Below, piece by piece: positions 1 through 12,590 of a stretch of 64,000 nt of DNA. The notes beneath the pieces were generated by a model that ran no database searches, had not been told where the DNA came from, and saw nothing but the letters and a program-made list of their open reading frames with translations. Source of the stretch: Sphaerodactylus townsendi (Eukaryota); the NCBI RefSeq assembly GCF_021028975.2, contig NC_059428.1:62806001-62870000 (forward strand), written 5' to 3'. The position numbers were made by a program, and so were the translations under genes. Position 1 is the stretch's first letter. The number at the start of each line of letters is the position of its first letter.

Positions 1-1050
1 ATGGGGTAAGTGCTGCATGCAGATAAACGCCTTTATTTAAACAGGATAACAGCATTATACGTCAGAATCAAACCCATTATGGACATGAGTACTATCCCTG
101 TGAAGGCTAAGTTCTCTGACTGAGCTTTTTTCTAATTGTCTCTCTGTACAAAGAGATACAGGTGATAGAAGTGGCCTAAAGGTTTTGTTTTCAAGCCTAG
201 CTATTTAGCCAACTGCAGCTATTCTACAGAAAAGGTGATCTGGCCACTGCCACACATACCTTACTGACATTTTTGTTCGATTAATAATTTAATGCAATAC
301 TCTACATGGGGTGGCCCTGAAGAGGGTTTTTACATGATGTGCCCTTCTAATAATTCCTTATTTTCCAGTTTAATCACATTTTTTTCTGAACAGAAAGCCC
401 CAAATGCTTTAGATGTATCTGTCTAGGAAACTACTTAATTATTCTGGTGGCTTCCTGTTTTTTTCCCAGCTCTAGGCTACCTTTTTTCAGGTGATACAAC
501 CAGAACAGAACACAGTATTTCAAACACATCTTTTTAAAACACTGTCCAGTTGATTTCACATTATACAGATGATGGTGGAATCTAATATTAGTTAAAATTA
601 GGCCTTGCTATCATAGCATAGGAGCAACATGCATACAGTGTACTCTCCCGTCTTTTCCCACATGGTAGACATGGAATTTTTATTATCCACTCTAAAAGGC
701 AGGCATATGTAGTCATAGGGATAGCAGGGAAAACAGTACAATATGAGATTTAAGGTTGTGGAGCCCAACTTCAGCCAGAAATTGGGTGGGGTACAAATTT
801 AATAAAATTATATAGAGAGAGAACTTTGTAGCACGCATTTCATATACCACACAAATCCTTTCCTTGTCATAGAGACTGAAATTAACATTCATTGATAGCA
901 ACTATGCTCTGCAATGTAAAGTAATTTACGTATGTCCTTGGAAATCAGGCTCTTTTCCCTCTCTTTGTAACAATCTCACTTTACTACAATCACACATACT
1001 TCCATTTGTAGCTTTGGACACATATCTCTGCCAACTGAATGCAACAGTGA

Positions 1051-1211
1051 TGCGTCTGACAAGGTGGGCTCTGACTCACAATAGCTTATTAATACCAACA
1101 AGCGCCACTACCACCTAATTTGGTAGTCTTAAAGGTTGTTGGACTGTAGAAATCTTGTTGGACTGTAGACTTGTTGGACTGTAGAAATATAACACTGCTA
1201 CCCATCTGGAA
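1051..1211 (+). mobile_element. Decayed Penelope-derived short element with hammerhead-like remnant
   Basis: CTGACAAGGTGGGCTCTGACTCACAATAGCTTAT resembles the reptile PLE terminal motif CTGAnGAAGTGGGC..CCCACGAAAGCTTAT. Followed by TTTGGTAGTCTTAAAGGT and AACACTGCTACCCATCTG tails. Confidence 0.45.
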
Positions 1212-1315
1212 ATTATTCTTCTTGAATTCTTGTATTCTCCTTGAGTATTAGTGTTTGTTTGATTTGCATTTTAGATAAAGAGTGACATTTCCAGTACTTT
1301 GTTGCATCTACTTAC

Positions 1316-1522
1316 GCATGGCACAAGTATATGGTGTGGAGAGTCCTTTGTTCATTATAAATATAGTGCCTGGGTGAGATTTGCCAACATACTTTACTTC
1401 AATCTTCTCAATTCGTGGACAAAGAGACAATTGTCTTTCTTTTTCCTTCGCAAAGAGCTCATTGCGCATCTGTGCAATCTCAGCTGTTGATAGCCGAGAA
1501 ACCGGATCTGTTGATACAAACC
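1316..1522 (-). CDS. MRPL39: MRPL39 coding exon 2; gene continues left of the window
   Basis: TTTTCAG acceptor, 207 nt, GTAAG donor. Translates [68 protein letters not shown], matching vertebrate MRPL39 ([29 protein letters not shown]...STPYSCAMH). Confidence 0.95.
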
Positions 1523-2442
1523 CTGAAAACAACCGTAATGGCATTAAACAACAATTCAACTGCTTTTGCGAAGTTTCAAATAAATCTTATATTATGTTTG
1601 TAATGCATATATTTATCAACGTTACAGCCCTGAACACGTTTACTTGGAAGCAACTGCCCCTGAGGTAAGTGGAATTGATTTCCAGCTGCATAGTCCTAAA
1701 TAGAGTTAGACCTGTTTAAATCCACTGAAGTTAATAGATTTAAAAGGATACAACTCTATTTAGGATTGTGCTGTTAGTTTGTGTACAATCAGAATCTATG
1801 CTGCTTATTTAATGAAGAAATATTCCACTAACCAAGCTCTTTACACACACAAATTTTGAAACTCTCTCAGTGACTCATATACTACGAGATTTGGGAACAG
1901 AGTGAAGCTCATAGAGCTTTCCCCCCTCCCTTAGCAGCCCCCACCAGATGGAGATGAAATGGGTGAAAACCTGGCCTCAGTTTAACCTTCCTCACAGGGT
2001 TGTTATGACAATAAAATGGAAGAAGGGAGAAAATTACACCACAGTTTAGTTCCTTGGGTAAAGGGCAGGATAAGCAGGTAATAAATAAAATAAATGTTCA
2101 CTTTACTATCTGGAAAACCATTTGATTTTTCACAATGACAACATGAAATTAACTGTTAGCAGGGGATCCCCAGAACTGGAATTGGGGATGACATGAGTGG
2201 GGATACAAAAAAATCATGCTACGTAAGCAAAAAAATATTTCTGCCTGTAGAAATGCTAGTTAGGATCCAAGCCACTCAGTACAGTTTTAGATAAAAAATG
2301 TAATGTAATAATTAAACAACGTAACTAACGCATACTGATGTTTTTACTGCAATAGACTAACCTGGCTACTCTGTTGGAATTTCATGCAGTAAATAAAGTG
2401 TGTCATAATGATTGTGGCCAGAACAACCCACAGGAACCCCAT

Positions 2443-2558
2443 ACTGAATATACTAAAAATACTACCTTCAACTTTCATTCTCTACTTAAAGCTACTTTCT
2501 ACTGAATATACTAAAAATACTACCCTCAACTTTCATTCTCTAATTAAAGCTACTTTCT
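2443..2558. repeat. Tandem duplication, 2 x 58 bp
   Basis: ACTGAATATACTAAAAATACTACC(T/C)TCAACTTTCATTCTCTA(C/A)TTAAAGCTACTTTCT repeated back to back. Confidence 0.9.
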
Positions 2559-3217
2559 AAAAGATCAGTAGCTTCAAAGTCTGAATTTCACTGCACTGAC
2601 TTAAAGGTACACAACATTCTATCATGTTAGTTTGCTTCTTGGTTTGGAAAGTCTAAACACAACCTATCGTCGTCCTCTGTGCCCCCCCCCCCCCGGTTTT
2701 TAAATGATTCTTGTGGAAAGAGTGATACAAGTAAGGGCTATCCATGCTCTTAATATTTAGCTAAACATTAGCCTTCAGTGCAACGTATTAAAAAGAATCG
2801 AGTTATGATTGCCCAGGTCTAACATTCTTAGGAAACAGAAGATGTTGTCACCTACACTCACAGGGCAAAACCGGAGACAAAAACCTCACAATCCCAAACG
2901 TTATATTCTAATTTCAAGCCTGGCGCTCTTAAAACATCGGCGCATCTTTTGCTCCCTTGTTTTTTTAATCAGTCATCTCCTGGATCTGATTACGCGATCG
3001 GGAAGCAATGGGTAATCTCGTGCGACAATAGCTCCTCAAAGCATTGCAAAGCCAGCGTTGCCCACAGTTCAACTTTACCCATACATGTTTAGCACCGCAA
3101 CTAACGCATGTTGGAACGCGATGCATATCTCCCTCCCCATAATTAACGTTAGGAGAAAGTGTCTTCCGACGCTCACAGCCAAACTCAAGTAGCCTTCCCC
3201 ACACCATATGCACTCAC

Positions 3218-3266
3218 TCCTGCTGCAGCCCCGCCAAAGTCCATGAGCGACCCGAAATGAAGCCAT
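3218..3266 (-). CDS. MRPL39: MRPL39 coding exon 1 (mitochondrial targeting peptide)
   Basis: ATG at 3266 gives MASFRVAHGLWRGCSR+A, an Arg-rich presequence, followed by donor GTGAGT. Phase 1 joins exon 2 in frame (AGG=R). Confidence 0.85.
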
Positions 3267-3269
3267 GAT

Positions 3270-3400
3270 GAACTACCCTTCTTTCTCCCGGCTTCTTCCA
3301 GCAATAGGAACGCGTCTCTCGCTGTTCCCCGGAAACAAGCGCTGGGACTGAAGAGTTCCGCCCCTCAAAAGACTTTCCTAGGTTCTTGCTCTTCTTTGGA
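3270..3400 (-). promoter_or_regulatory. MRPL39 proximal promoter / 5' UTR region
   Basis: Local CpG enrichment just upstream of the ATG; ETS-type CCGGAA at 3329-3334. Confidence 0.5.
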
Positions 3401-3559
3401 TGGAAAGAAAAACATAGCAATGCCTTACCATGGACATAGGTGGTGGTGGTGGTGGTGGTGTGTGTGTGTGGGGGGGGGGGGTTCCCTCAGGTTTGAAAAG
3501 AAAAAAAACCCCATTCATGTCCGAAGCTCCGCCCCTCCGTTTGTGGGTTTTAAAAACAT

Positions 3560-4800
3560 TTTAGTGCTTTTTTGGTTTTTGGCCTGCAGGGGGCACATTG
3601 TTTGGGCTAGCAGCACCAAATTTTCAGGGATTGTTTAAGGGACTCTCCTGATGATACTACCCAGGTTTGATGAGGTTTGGTTCAGGGGGTCCAAAGTTAT
3701 GGACTCCCAAAGGGGGTGCCCCCCCATCCTCCATTGTTTCCAATGGGGGTAGCTTTAATAGATAGATGAGGGGCTACATCCTTTGAGAGGAGTCCATAAT
3801 CTTTGGACACCCTGAACCAAATCCTCACCTAAGCTGTGTAGCTATCATCAGGAGGAGTCTCTTATTTGATACCACCCAAAGTTTATGTGTAGTTTGGTCC
3901 AGGGGAGTCCCAAAGCTATGGACTCCCAAAGGGAATGCCGCCATCCCATTGTTTCCAATGGGAAGCTTAATAGGAGATGGGGGCATGACACCTTTGAGGG
4001 TCCTTATAACTTTGGAACCCTTTTGAACCAAACTCTTCATTCAAATCTATGGGTGGTAATTTCATTAGGAAGGAAGACTCCTAAAAGAAACCCCGTAAAT
4101 GCTTGGTGCTTCCTCAGCTTAACAATTTGCACCCCTGACAGCAGGCACCCCCAAATTTCTCCCAAGATTCCTCCTTTTAAATCTTCACCCTTCATCGCAT
4201 AGGATTTAAAGCAAGGAGAATCTGAGGTCCTAGTTTAGAAGAAGAAGAAGAGTTTGGATTTATATCCCCCTTTTCTCTCCTGTAGGAGACTCAAGAGTGA
4301 CTTACAGATCTTCCTTTGCCTCTTGCTCCTCACAAACAAAACACCAATCAATCTGTGCAGGTAGGTGGGGCTGAGAGAGCTCCGAAAAGCTGTGAGCTAG
4401 GCCCAAAGGTCCACCCAGCTGGCGTGTGTGGGAGTGCACAGGCTAATCTGAATTCCCCCAGATAAGCCTCCCACAGCTCAAGTGGCAGAGCAGGGGAACT
4501 CAAACTTCAGTTCCTTCCAGATTAGAATGTAACCTGCTCTTAACCACTATGCCACATTAGAGAAGTGATGCTCTGTTTCAGGGTGGGGGATAATCCACCC
4601 TAAAACAGCATCACTGTCAATGTTGTTTAACTAGGGACCCCAGATTCTCCCTTTAAGGTGGATTTAAAAGGAGAATTTGGGCTCTCTAGTTTAAACACCA
4701 TTGAAAGTGATGCTGTTTGGGGGTGGATTCCAGCATCACAGCGACTGCCCGGGGGGCGCAAAACTCAGATTTTGCACCAGGCTCCATTTTCCCTCTAAGA
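3560..4800. mobile_element. Non-autonomous DNA-transposon-like repeat built from internal direct and inverted subunits, interrupted by a SINE
   Basis: Subunit CCAAAG(T/C)TATGGACTCCCAAAGGG..CCATTGTTTCCAATGGG at ~3691 and ~3910. Inverted copy GGAGTCCATAATCTTTGGACACCCTGAACCAAA at ~3789. Confidence 0.55.
4237..4555 (-). mobile_element. tRNA-derived CORE-type SINE (Squam3/MIR-like)
   Basis: (AGA)n tail then CORE-like GTAGGTGGGGCTGAGAGAGCTCCG..., ending in a tRNA-like head (reverse of TGGCATAGTGGTTAAGAGC). Near-identical copy at 20822-21139. Confidence 0.75.
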
Positions 4801-5703
4801 CTCTGCCTCCAGAGGGAGGGGCAGGGGGGAGGGCAGGACAGAGAGTCTGCCATCCCCTCGGCCTCGGAGAGATGTGCTTTTCTATAAGCACTAGGCCAGC
4901 TGTGCGGGGCTTGTAGGCGTGGTACACATGCCCTAGGGGCGAGTGGGGGTGTGCCCCCCCAACCCCCCCCATAAAAAATCTATACCTACGTCCCTGCGCC
5001 TTACTATACACCTCCCCGGTTCTGGGAGGTCTGACCACTTTAAATATCCACCCTCTTAGGAACTCCTTTCTCTTTCTTAAGACAGGTTTGTCCCGCACAC
5101 GGATATTATTCCCCTAGTAACACTAGCATGAAATACTTAAACAGATGCCAGCTTTTCGCAGTATGAAGATTTGAAAGTGACAGCACTGAACTATTGAATT
5201 TATGCTTGCCAAACATCTACTACTGAAACCTTGCCAGAGCTATCCTCCTTGGTACTTTCTTAGAAATATGTCAATATTACATTCGCTCAAGTTTGCTTTC
5301 ACCTGCCAAATTAAAATCCTACTTCAGTGATAAATTAGCATATTTGGATTATGTATTATGAATGATTCAGAGTTTCTATATGGCAGCACATGATTGCTGA
5401 TGATGTAACAAGAATTTTTCCATAAGCTATATTTTTTTTCTTCATCAGCAGCAAAACTGAGCTATGTACTCCAACCATGCTTCAATTATGATATATTTTA
5501 TAGTAGTAGATACAAGTGTAACTTAATGCTCATAATCAAACTGTTTCACCACACATACCCTTTCTTCATTATTGGTATTTGAATTGTTACACCTCTGCAA
5601 GCCTGTATGCTTTGTCTTAATTTTTTTTACAGATAACCTGTAGGAGCAGAGCCCCACATTTCTAAGTATATTGTGAAACTTACAGAGAAATCCAAAGCAC
5701 AAC

Positions 5704-5743
5704 GGTGGGGGTGGGGGTGGGGGTGGGGGTGGGGGTGGGGGGG
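5704..5743 (+). repeat. (GGGGGT)n microsatellite, G-quadruplex-capable
   Basis: Direct reading; it explains the poly-Pro/PH/PT ORFs in the ORF track. Confidence 0.9.
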
Positions 5744-6033
5744 AGCACTGTAGGGACAGCATGACCCTGGCACCAGGGAGTGGCATACCATAGGAGTGTG
5801 AAGCAGGGGCACCAGTCATCATGGCAGCACAACTCCAGCACAGTGGCTTTTGCCAGTGCCAAAAAAGATATTCCTAGGGGCAGGGCTGATGTTAGCTCCC
5901 CAAACTCTTTTGTGCTGGAAACATCCACTTTTTCTAGTGCAAACTCACACCAGCAAAACGTGGTGTGTGACATACAGCTGCATTAGCACACTATGAAAAA
6001 GGTTCCCCATCAGCGCAGACCCCTCCTCCACGG

Positions 6034-6467
6034 TGTCATGAACTGTCCTGTTCCAGGCTGATTCTGTCATGTCCCCCAACAAGGAAGTGAGATCCTCTGT
6101 CTGGGACTGCTAGCTCTTGCTTGCTCGTTAGTTTTGCTTTTAGGCAGGGGCTAATCTGCTGGTTAGACACCTGCTGGGTTCTACATTTCAAAGCATTGGG
6201 GAGCATGGGTTTTGTAGTTTTGCTTTGGTGAAGGCACTTCCTATGAGAATGGAGGGGTGCTGTTGCCCCCTGGGGAACTAGTATCGGAAGGTGGTGTCAA
6301 GCTGCGTGGAAGGGGTGGGTGTGGAGTGGGGGTATATAGGAAGCTGTTTGGGCACCTGATCTTCAGTTCTGTCAATAGAAGTCTGTATGCTTAATCCTGA
6401 TGCTCTTTTCAATAAAGGAAATAGTTTGAACACAAAGTCTCATTATTGAACAGTCTGGGACATGACA
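6034..6467 (+). mobile_element. Solo LTR
   Basis: TGTCATG...CATGACA inverted termini; flanks CACGG / CATGG (5-bp TSD with one CpG-type transition); TATATA ~6333; AATAAA 6411-6416. Confidence 0.6.
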
Positions 6468-8559
6468 CATGGCCACAGTTGGCCTGGAAGCTGACCAAGC
6501 AGTTAATCAACGGGTGGAGGCAGAGACCAGCCTAGGAACCCTGAGCAGTGGCCAATAGCAGGGCCCATCCCCCTTCATAAACACCTTTCCAGACATAACA
6601 TCTTCCAGGAGAAAAGGTGCATGGCCTGGGATGCTGTTTGACAGCTAATAGACATGCAGACGTAGCAAAAACATGGGGAAGGAGCACTTGGAATTAGCAC
6701 TTTGCACTGTCAGTCTGACACTTTGCACATTGAGCTTGCTACTAGCACTTATAATTATTAATTATTTTAATCTTTATATTCTTAAAACCTATTTTATACA
6801 CTATTTCTTAAAATGCCGTTAAAGGTTTCTATTCAATTCAACTGAAACTGAGAAATTAGCTTCAGAGATGCTATTTGCCTCCTTTGGGGAACCTGTGCAT
6901 ACAATATCCTGTCTGTACACATGAGGCCCCAACAAAGTGTAACCCTGAGTCCACGGAGTGAGGAGGGAGAGGGTAAAAAGTCAGGATATTCTATATAAGA
7001 AAGAAAGGAACAGTTTTCCCAAACTGACTAAAGGTAGTTCACCTCAGAAGTTAATTCTGAAGGTAGTTCACCTTCACCTCAGAAGGGTTCCAATCTTGTT
7101 ATAAAACTACAAATTAATATTCTAGTCATGAGAAGTTGTTTTACTGTTTGCTGGACGGGGAATTGTATTTACATTAATTGGTTTATATTTTGATTTTTTT
7201 TGTTGTGAACATTTGCAATGGATGTTATATGAATCTTCCCAGATTCACTACAGAACCTGTAGTTCACCTGTAGTAACCTTGTTATAAAACTACATATTAA
7301 TATTCTAGGGCTACATGAAAAGAAAAGAAAATTCCTACATGAAACCCCTGAAAAGAAAACAGATGACTTCGCAAGGCAGAGCAGAGCTGCAAGTCCATTA
7401 ATCTTTAAGGGACTGACTTGACAGAAGCCAGAAATGAGTGAGACTCTCACCACAACAGATCTGAACTATTATGCGTTAATTATTCTTTTACATATTTGAC
7501 TGTTGTTCTATATATTACTTCTTATAACAAAGGAAGAATACATTTTAAGTTTGTTTACTGTTATTTCTATGAATGTTAAGTGTCACAAGATAGGAATCAC
7601 ACTGTCAAAGATGTGAACTCCTTCAGTCCTTAATCGAGAACAATATTTCTTTGATATCTCTCTTGCAATTACGGTAAATAGGAGTTGCAAAAGCAAATAG
7701 CAAACCCTCCTGGGCAGTTTCAGATCAGGAAATCAACACAAAGATGAAGGCTTAAATTCATTCTTCCTGAATGTTACAGTTCTGATCCAATGCACCTGAA
7801 AACTGAATTCCCAATATTTAACAGTGACAGGCCTTGTTTACCTACTGAGAAGACTCTCACAGTCTCCTATGATTTTGGGAAACAAGGTTTGTTTTAGACT
7901 ATATACCTTCCCCTCAGTTACAAGGTGTTTCCATGGTAGCAAGTGTATAGGAGTGAGTTTCCTGCTGTTAGATAGATTTTGTACTATGCAAGTATAGTAC
8001 AGAGATCTATTTATTTATATGTATTTTTCTCCCACCCTATATTCAAAAATCTCAGGGCAGGTTACAACATAAGACTCGTAAAAGTTGTAAAATCCTAAAA
8101 CCTAAAAACAATAACAACCTATAACAATAACACCTATTTAAAATTCATAAAATCTATTAACATTCATAAAAGCTGTTTTAAAATTCATGTTACCGGAAGA
8201 GGAAACCATCTCTTCACTGAGACAGGATGTTTATATAAACACAGAAGTTTTATTTCTTTACAGGTTGGTTTCAAAGAATAAATCAGTAGCACAGGTCTCA
8301 GAGGCCCATTAAAGTTAGTGATGGCTTCACAGTGTCATTTGAATATTCTTTAATGCTTTCAGGCACAAATTGACATTTACTGACTAGCCACTAGATTGAA
8401 TCCTTTCTCACACACATGATTCCACCCAGATCAGCCTGTCCTTTCCCAAGAATCAGACTAAATGGTACAAGGTCTGCTCATTACCAGAGACAGGTCTAAC
8501 AATCCGGTACTCTGTTCTTTGCCAGAGCTAAACCATTTTGCCACACTACCAAACAGAAG

Positions 8560-8689
8560 CCCATGCAGAATAATGCACTTTCAAACTGCTTTCAATTCTC
8601 TTTGAAGCTGTGCGGAATGGCAAAATCCACTTGCAAACAGTTGTGAAAGTGGTTTGAAGAAGCATTATTTTGCGTGTGCGGAAGGGGCC
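8560..8689. mobile_element. Palindromic MITE
   Basis: CATGCAGAATAATGCACTTTCAAAC...GTTTGAAGAAGCATTATTTTGCGTG inverted arms. Confidence 0.6.
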
Positions 8690-8898
8690 AGAGCTACCCT
8701 TAACTGCCTGCTTCTTTGCTAAGCCAGACCTAAGGTTCTCTTCCCAAGACAGAACTCAACTTTCTCCTGCTGTGTCTCCCTTTAAAATACCATTCCCCTC
8801 CTAAAAAGGGAATGTCAGGGTAAGCATCAATGGGCAACTGCTGGGTCCCAAGGTGCCCCAGCATCCAATTCATTACCCTTGAATTTATGAGCACAGAC

Positions 8899-9310
8899 CA
8901 GTGTTTCCCAGCCTTTTCAACATTGCGGTACCCTTGACCTTGCTCTTCATATCTCAGGGTACCCTTGAGGTTTGTTTGATTTTTTTTTGCATTTTTTAGG
9001 GTTTTTTTCGTTTTTGGCCTGGAGGTGTGGGGAGTGGTAAGCAGGGGGAGGGGAGGGAAAACAGTGTTGACAGCTGCATTGTTTGTTTGCCTAAATTCGG
9101 CATGGACTGGGGGAGATTTAAAGGGACAGCGTCCTTTAAATCTACCCCCCCCCCCATCCACGCCGAATTTAGGCACATAAAACAATACTGTTTTTCAATG
9201 TTGTTTAAAGAGAGCCCATAAGGCTTCCAACCACTCCCTTTAAAATCCATTTCATTCCGGTGTGGGAGGGCAGGCGGTAGCATTGTCATGGCACCCCAGG
9301 GTGGCAGTAG
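8899..9310. mobile_element. hAT-like MITE fragment with internal hairpin
   Basis: Starts CAGTGTTTCCCAGCC. Internal palindrome CCTAAATTCGGCATGGA..AGATTTAAAGG/CCTTTAAATCT..TCCACGCCGAATTTAGG at ~9090-9173. Confidence 0.5.
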
Positions 9311-10239
9311 CAGCAATTGGACCCTCTCTGGCTCTGTCTGTTTCCAGGCTTGGCTATGTGCTTGACACCACTTCCATTTCACTGGATGTGGAAACAGCAG
9401 GGACAAATAGTAGCCTCCATCACCCAACTGACCTGTCAGATTGAGACAGTAGAAAAGGACACAGAACTACTGTCTCTAGAGCATTAATTAGGGGTGGGCA
9501 CTGCTGGGGGTATTACTCAGACCTACTCGAAGTTTGCAACCTGCCTTTCTTTTTGTTAGAATCAACCCAGTTATCACATACTAGTGAACAAGTTTCCCAG
9601 GACGCATCAGCAGCAGGGAGTTGACTGCATATAAAGGGGAGATAAAAGATATTTCAAGATACACACTGTAGTCTTCTGAAAATTTGCAAACTATGCCGGC
9701 TGAGCTTTTCTGAAGCCTTTGGTCTCTCCTCTACCACTTCACTGGGAAACAAACATTCAGCCTCAAGACGAGTTCTGAGGAATTTGAAGCCTTGTTCATT
9801 ACTTAGTGACAACTGCGTTGCACAGCTTGTGTGTGTGCTTTACTCTTCCTCATGACATTCAGTAACGACGCTGACAATTAACATTAGTCATCCTTAAACC
9901 CAGTGCCAGGGAAAGGCAGATGCTAATCGAGATTTGCGGGTCGATAGGGTAAAAAAACAACAACCCCGCGCTGCTCACTCAATTCCAGGCTGAATCTCTT
10001 CTCTTCTGCTCTGGCTGCCTCTAGATTGAAGAAATGGCAGTAGCCTCAGAGTAACTGGGAACATTTACTGACACTCAAAGGAGTCTGAAGAGCTCCGTCG
10101 GAATTCCTCCACCCTCCCTTGACTTTGGTGCTTGCTAACTAGAGTCAACGGAAATCTCGGCTCCTCGTTTATTCCGGCATATTGGAAAGGAAGTCTCCCC
10201 TCCCCGAGGTACAAAAGCCCCCAATAACGGGAGGAGCGT

Positions 10240-10700
10240 CCAGCTCTCCCACCCACCCTTCTAACACGGGGAGCAACGCCAGCTTCTTGTTGTTTTTGGA
10301 CAGCAGCTGTTGCTGTGAAGATGGCGAGGCGCCGCGTCCTGCTGCTCCTCCTCGCTTACTTGGGCTCGCTTTTCTGTAAGTCGGCTGCTTCTCTTTCCTT
10401 TGCAAGCCTGTTTCACAGTTTGCAATACAGGGCGATGGCCTTCCCTGTCACACTCTCTTGCCTCTTGTGAGGAGCATCTCGTCATCTTCAGAAACCGAGC
10501 TGAGGCTGAGTGACTCTCTCTTGGCTTTGCATTTGGCCCCCTCGCTCGTCTTTGCAATGCTGCTGGGGGTATAGTTGCACAAAAGACAGCCGGTATCGCG
10601 CGTGCCGCTTTGCTATGATTAGCTGGGGTAGCAGAGAACCAGTAAGGAAGCTGGGGAAGGGACGCGCGTCGCTTGGCAGCTGAGCGGGTCGAGCCTGGGT
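10240..10700 (+). promoter_or_regulatory. JAM2 promoter / first-exon CpG-rich region
   Basis: CpG-dense stretch around the JAM2 ATG. Confidence 0.6.
10321..10375 (+). CDS. JAM2: JAM2 exon 1 (signal peptide)
   Basis: AAGATGG Kozak context; MARRRVLLLLLAYLGSLF+T; GTAAGT donor. Compare human MARRSRHRLLLLLLRYL. Confidence 0.9.
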
Positions 10701-12170
10701 TTAGGACTAGTCTGGGGTGGAATTGCAAGGAGAGTTTTGTGGCAGTCAAGGGCAGTAGTTCTTTTTCCAGAATTGGAAAACCACTATTGAATTCAGTGGG
10801 ATTTACTTTTTAATAGTCTACATAGGAAAGAGCGCGATGCTGTGGACGCGTACAGGAGATCGTTAATAAAAGCAGCTGATGTAGAGTAAAATCTTGCAGC
10901 CCCATTCTTAGTGGGTTAACTTGGAAGTAAACTACTTTGAACTCGTTGGTATATTCTCCTGTTTGGTTCTATTCAACCTTTTCCTAATTTTTGTTGCTGT
11001 TCTTCTCGAGTTTACTAGAACTTAATTTCAGGCATATGTGTAGAGGCTTGCAACCTTCTGCAGACTTTTCGTGTTCACTAGCAATTATAACACGTTCAGG
11101 GCCTAACCACTTATATGCTGGCTATTTTAATGTGTTCCAGTGGGATTTACTTTCAAGTAACTGGCTGATATCCAAATATTTCTTGCTCGAAAGTATTCCG
11201 CTGATGAAAGTAGCTGGTGCAACCTTAGCCTTAATGGAAAGTCACCACCATTGAACTGAGCCACTTGTTCCAGAGTTTATGGGAGGTGTGTGTTATACTT
11301 GTATTGGAGCTGCCCATCAGCATGTCTCTCCTTGTCTCTTTCCATGCTTTTTGTGAGAAATAATGGCAGGCAAGATAGTGTGGAACACTGAATATAGTAC
11401 TTGCCTCTGAGTAACATTTGTACATGGTTGGGCTGTTGTGCTGAAAACCTTCACTTATTTATGTGGTAATAAATTTCACTGAACTCTACTTTTAAATAAA
11501 TATGATTATCAAATGCAAATGAAATTTAGCTCTATATTGAAACTGAGGAAATTGCATGTAGTGAGGTGCATCTTTAAAAACTCTTGTCAATATTATGGAA
11601 GTGGTTCCACTGCCCCTGGAAATTACGGTCATCAACCTGTACTTGTGCCTGACATTCTCTTGGACAGTCTATTTTTAGTTCTTGTCACTGTTATCCATAT
11701 GTGTTATTAGAGGCAACCAGTAATGAAATTACTGACAATTTTGGAATTTACCCTTCCTTTTCTCTGTGAAAAGGTATCCACTAATGCCAGGTTGGACTTT
11801 TCTGCCCTTTTTCAAGTTTACATCAATAAAGTAGAAATTTGGATTGAGTAAGCTTTGTCCTTTACTTGAGGGAAAGAAGATTGAAACTACCACTTTAAAA
11901 ATCCTATGAGATAATTATAGGTATTATTTACAACTCTGATATACAGTACAGTATAATCCTGGGTAGATAGTTTCTTCGTTTTACTTTTGTCTATTTATTA
12001 GTATTTTTTTAACTCTATTCTGTCCAACATACTCTGAAATCTAATAAAAATATTTTTAAAATAAAAAGTCCTTTCTTGAGTTGCATCTCATCGAGCTTCA
12101 GATGATGGGGGTGCCCAGAATAGGACCCTGAAAATGACTATAGTGGTTGGGTAAGTTGATATGGGAGTAG

Positions 12171-12590
12171 CAGCCCAATCTAGAAGCCACAGTGGCTAGG
12201 GATAGTGATGCTACTGCACAGCTTCCAGAGGGCTCCCCCCCCCCCAAAAGCTCTCCATAGGGCAAAATTGACTTAACACCACTCTTTTGGATGGCATCAG
12301 TCCACCTCCTGCGCAGGGGGGTGTTCCAAGGTTGAAAGCCTAGTGGAAGCCAACTAAGGGCAGCTCTGCCTCTGATAATGCCCCTACTCTACCCCCAGCT
12401 GCACTGGCAATCATACTTTAGGCCTGCATAGTTTTTCAGGGCTCAGGTTCTTCTGGGTTAGGCCACAGACCTCTGCAGCACCTGCCCACCTTCCTATTTG
12501 CCCTCCCTGCTGGTGTAGGTAGGCAAACCTGTGAGCATGACCCCACACAGCTCCAAGAACCAGTTGCACACAAACCCTTGGATTGGGCTG
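12171..12590. mobile_element. MITE with CAGCCCAATC terminal inverted repeats
   Basis: CAGCCCAATC at 12171 and GATTGGGCTG ending at 12590. Confidence 0.6.

Noticed and set aside
1136-1188. Short repeated TTGTTGGACTGTAGA units as a CRISPR-like array
   Set aside because: Simple tandem slippage without unique spacers, in a vertebrate genome.
1-1315. MRPL39 exon 3
   Set aside because: No LSEWYC-like coding segment found; it presumably lies left of the window. ORF 713-901 has no similarity.
5523-5973. Poly-Pro / PH / PT ORFs
   Set aside because: Translation of the (GGGGGT)n microsatellite.
10261-10749. 162-aa minus-strand ORF
   Set aside because: Antisense to JAM2 exon 1 in GC-rich DNA; no protein features.
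11196-11246. CTGATGA...GAAAGTC hammerhead-like string
   Set aside because: No convincing stem I or stem II pairing.
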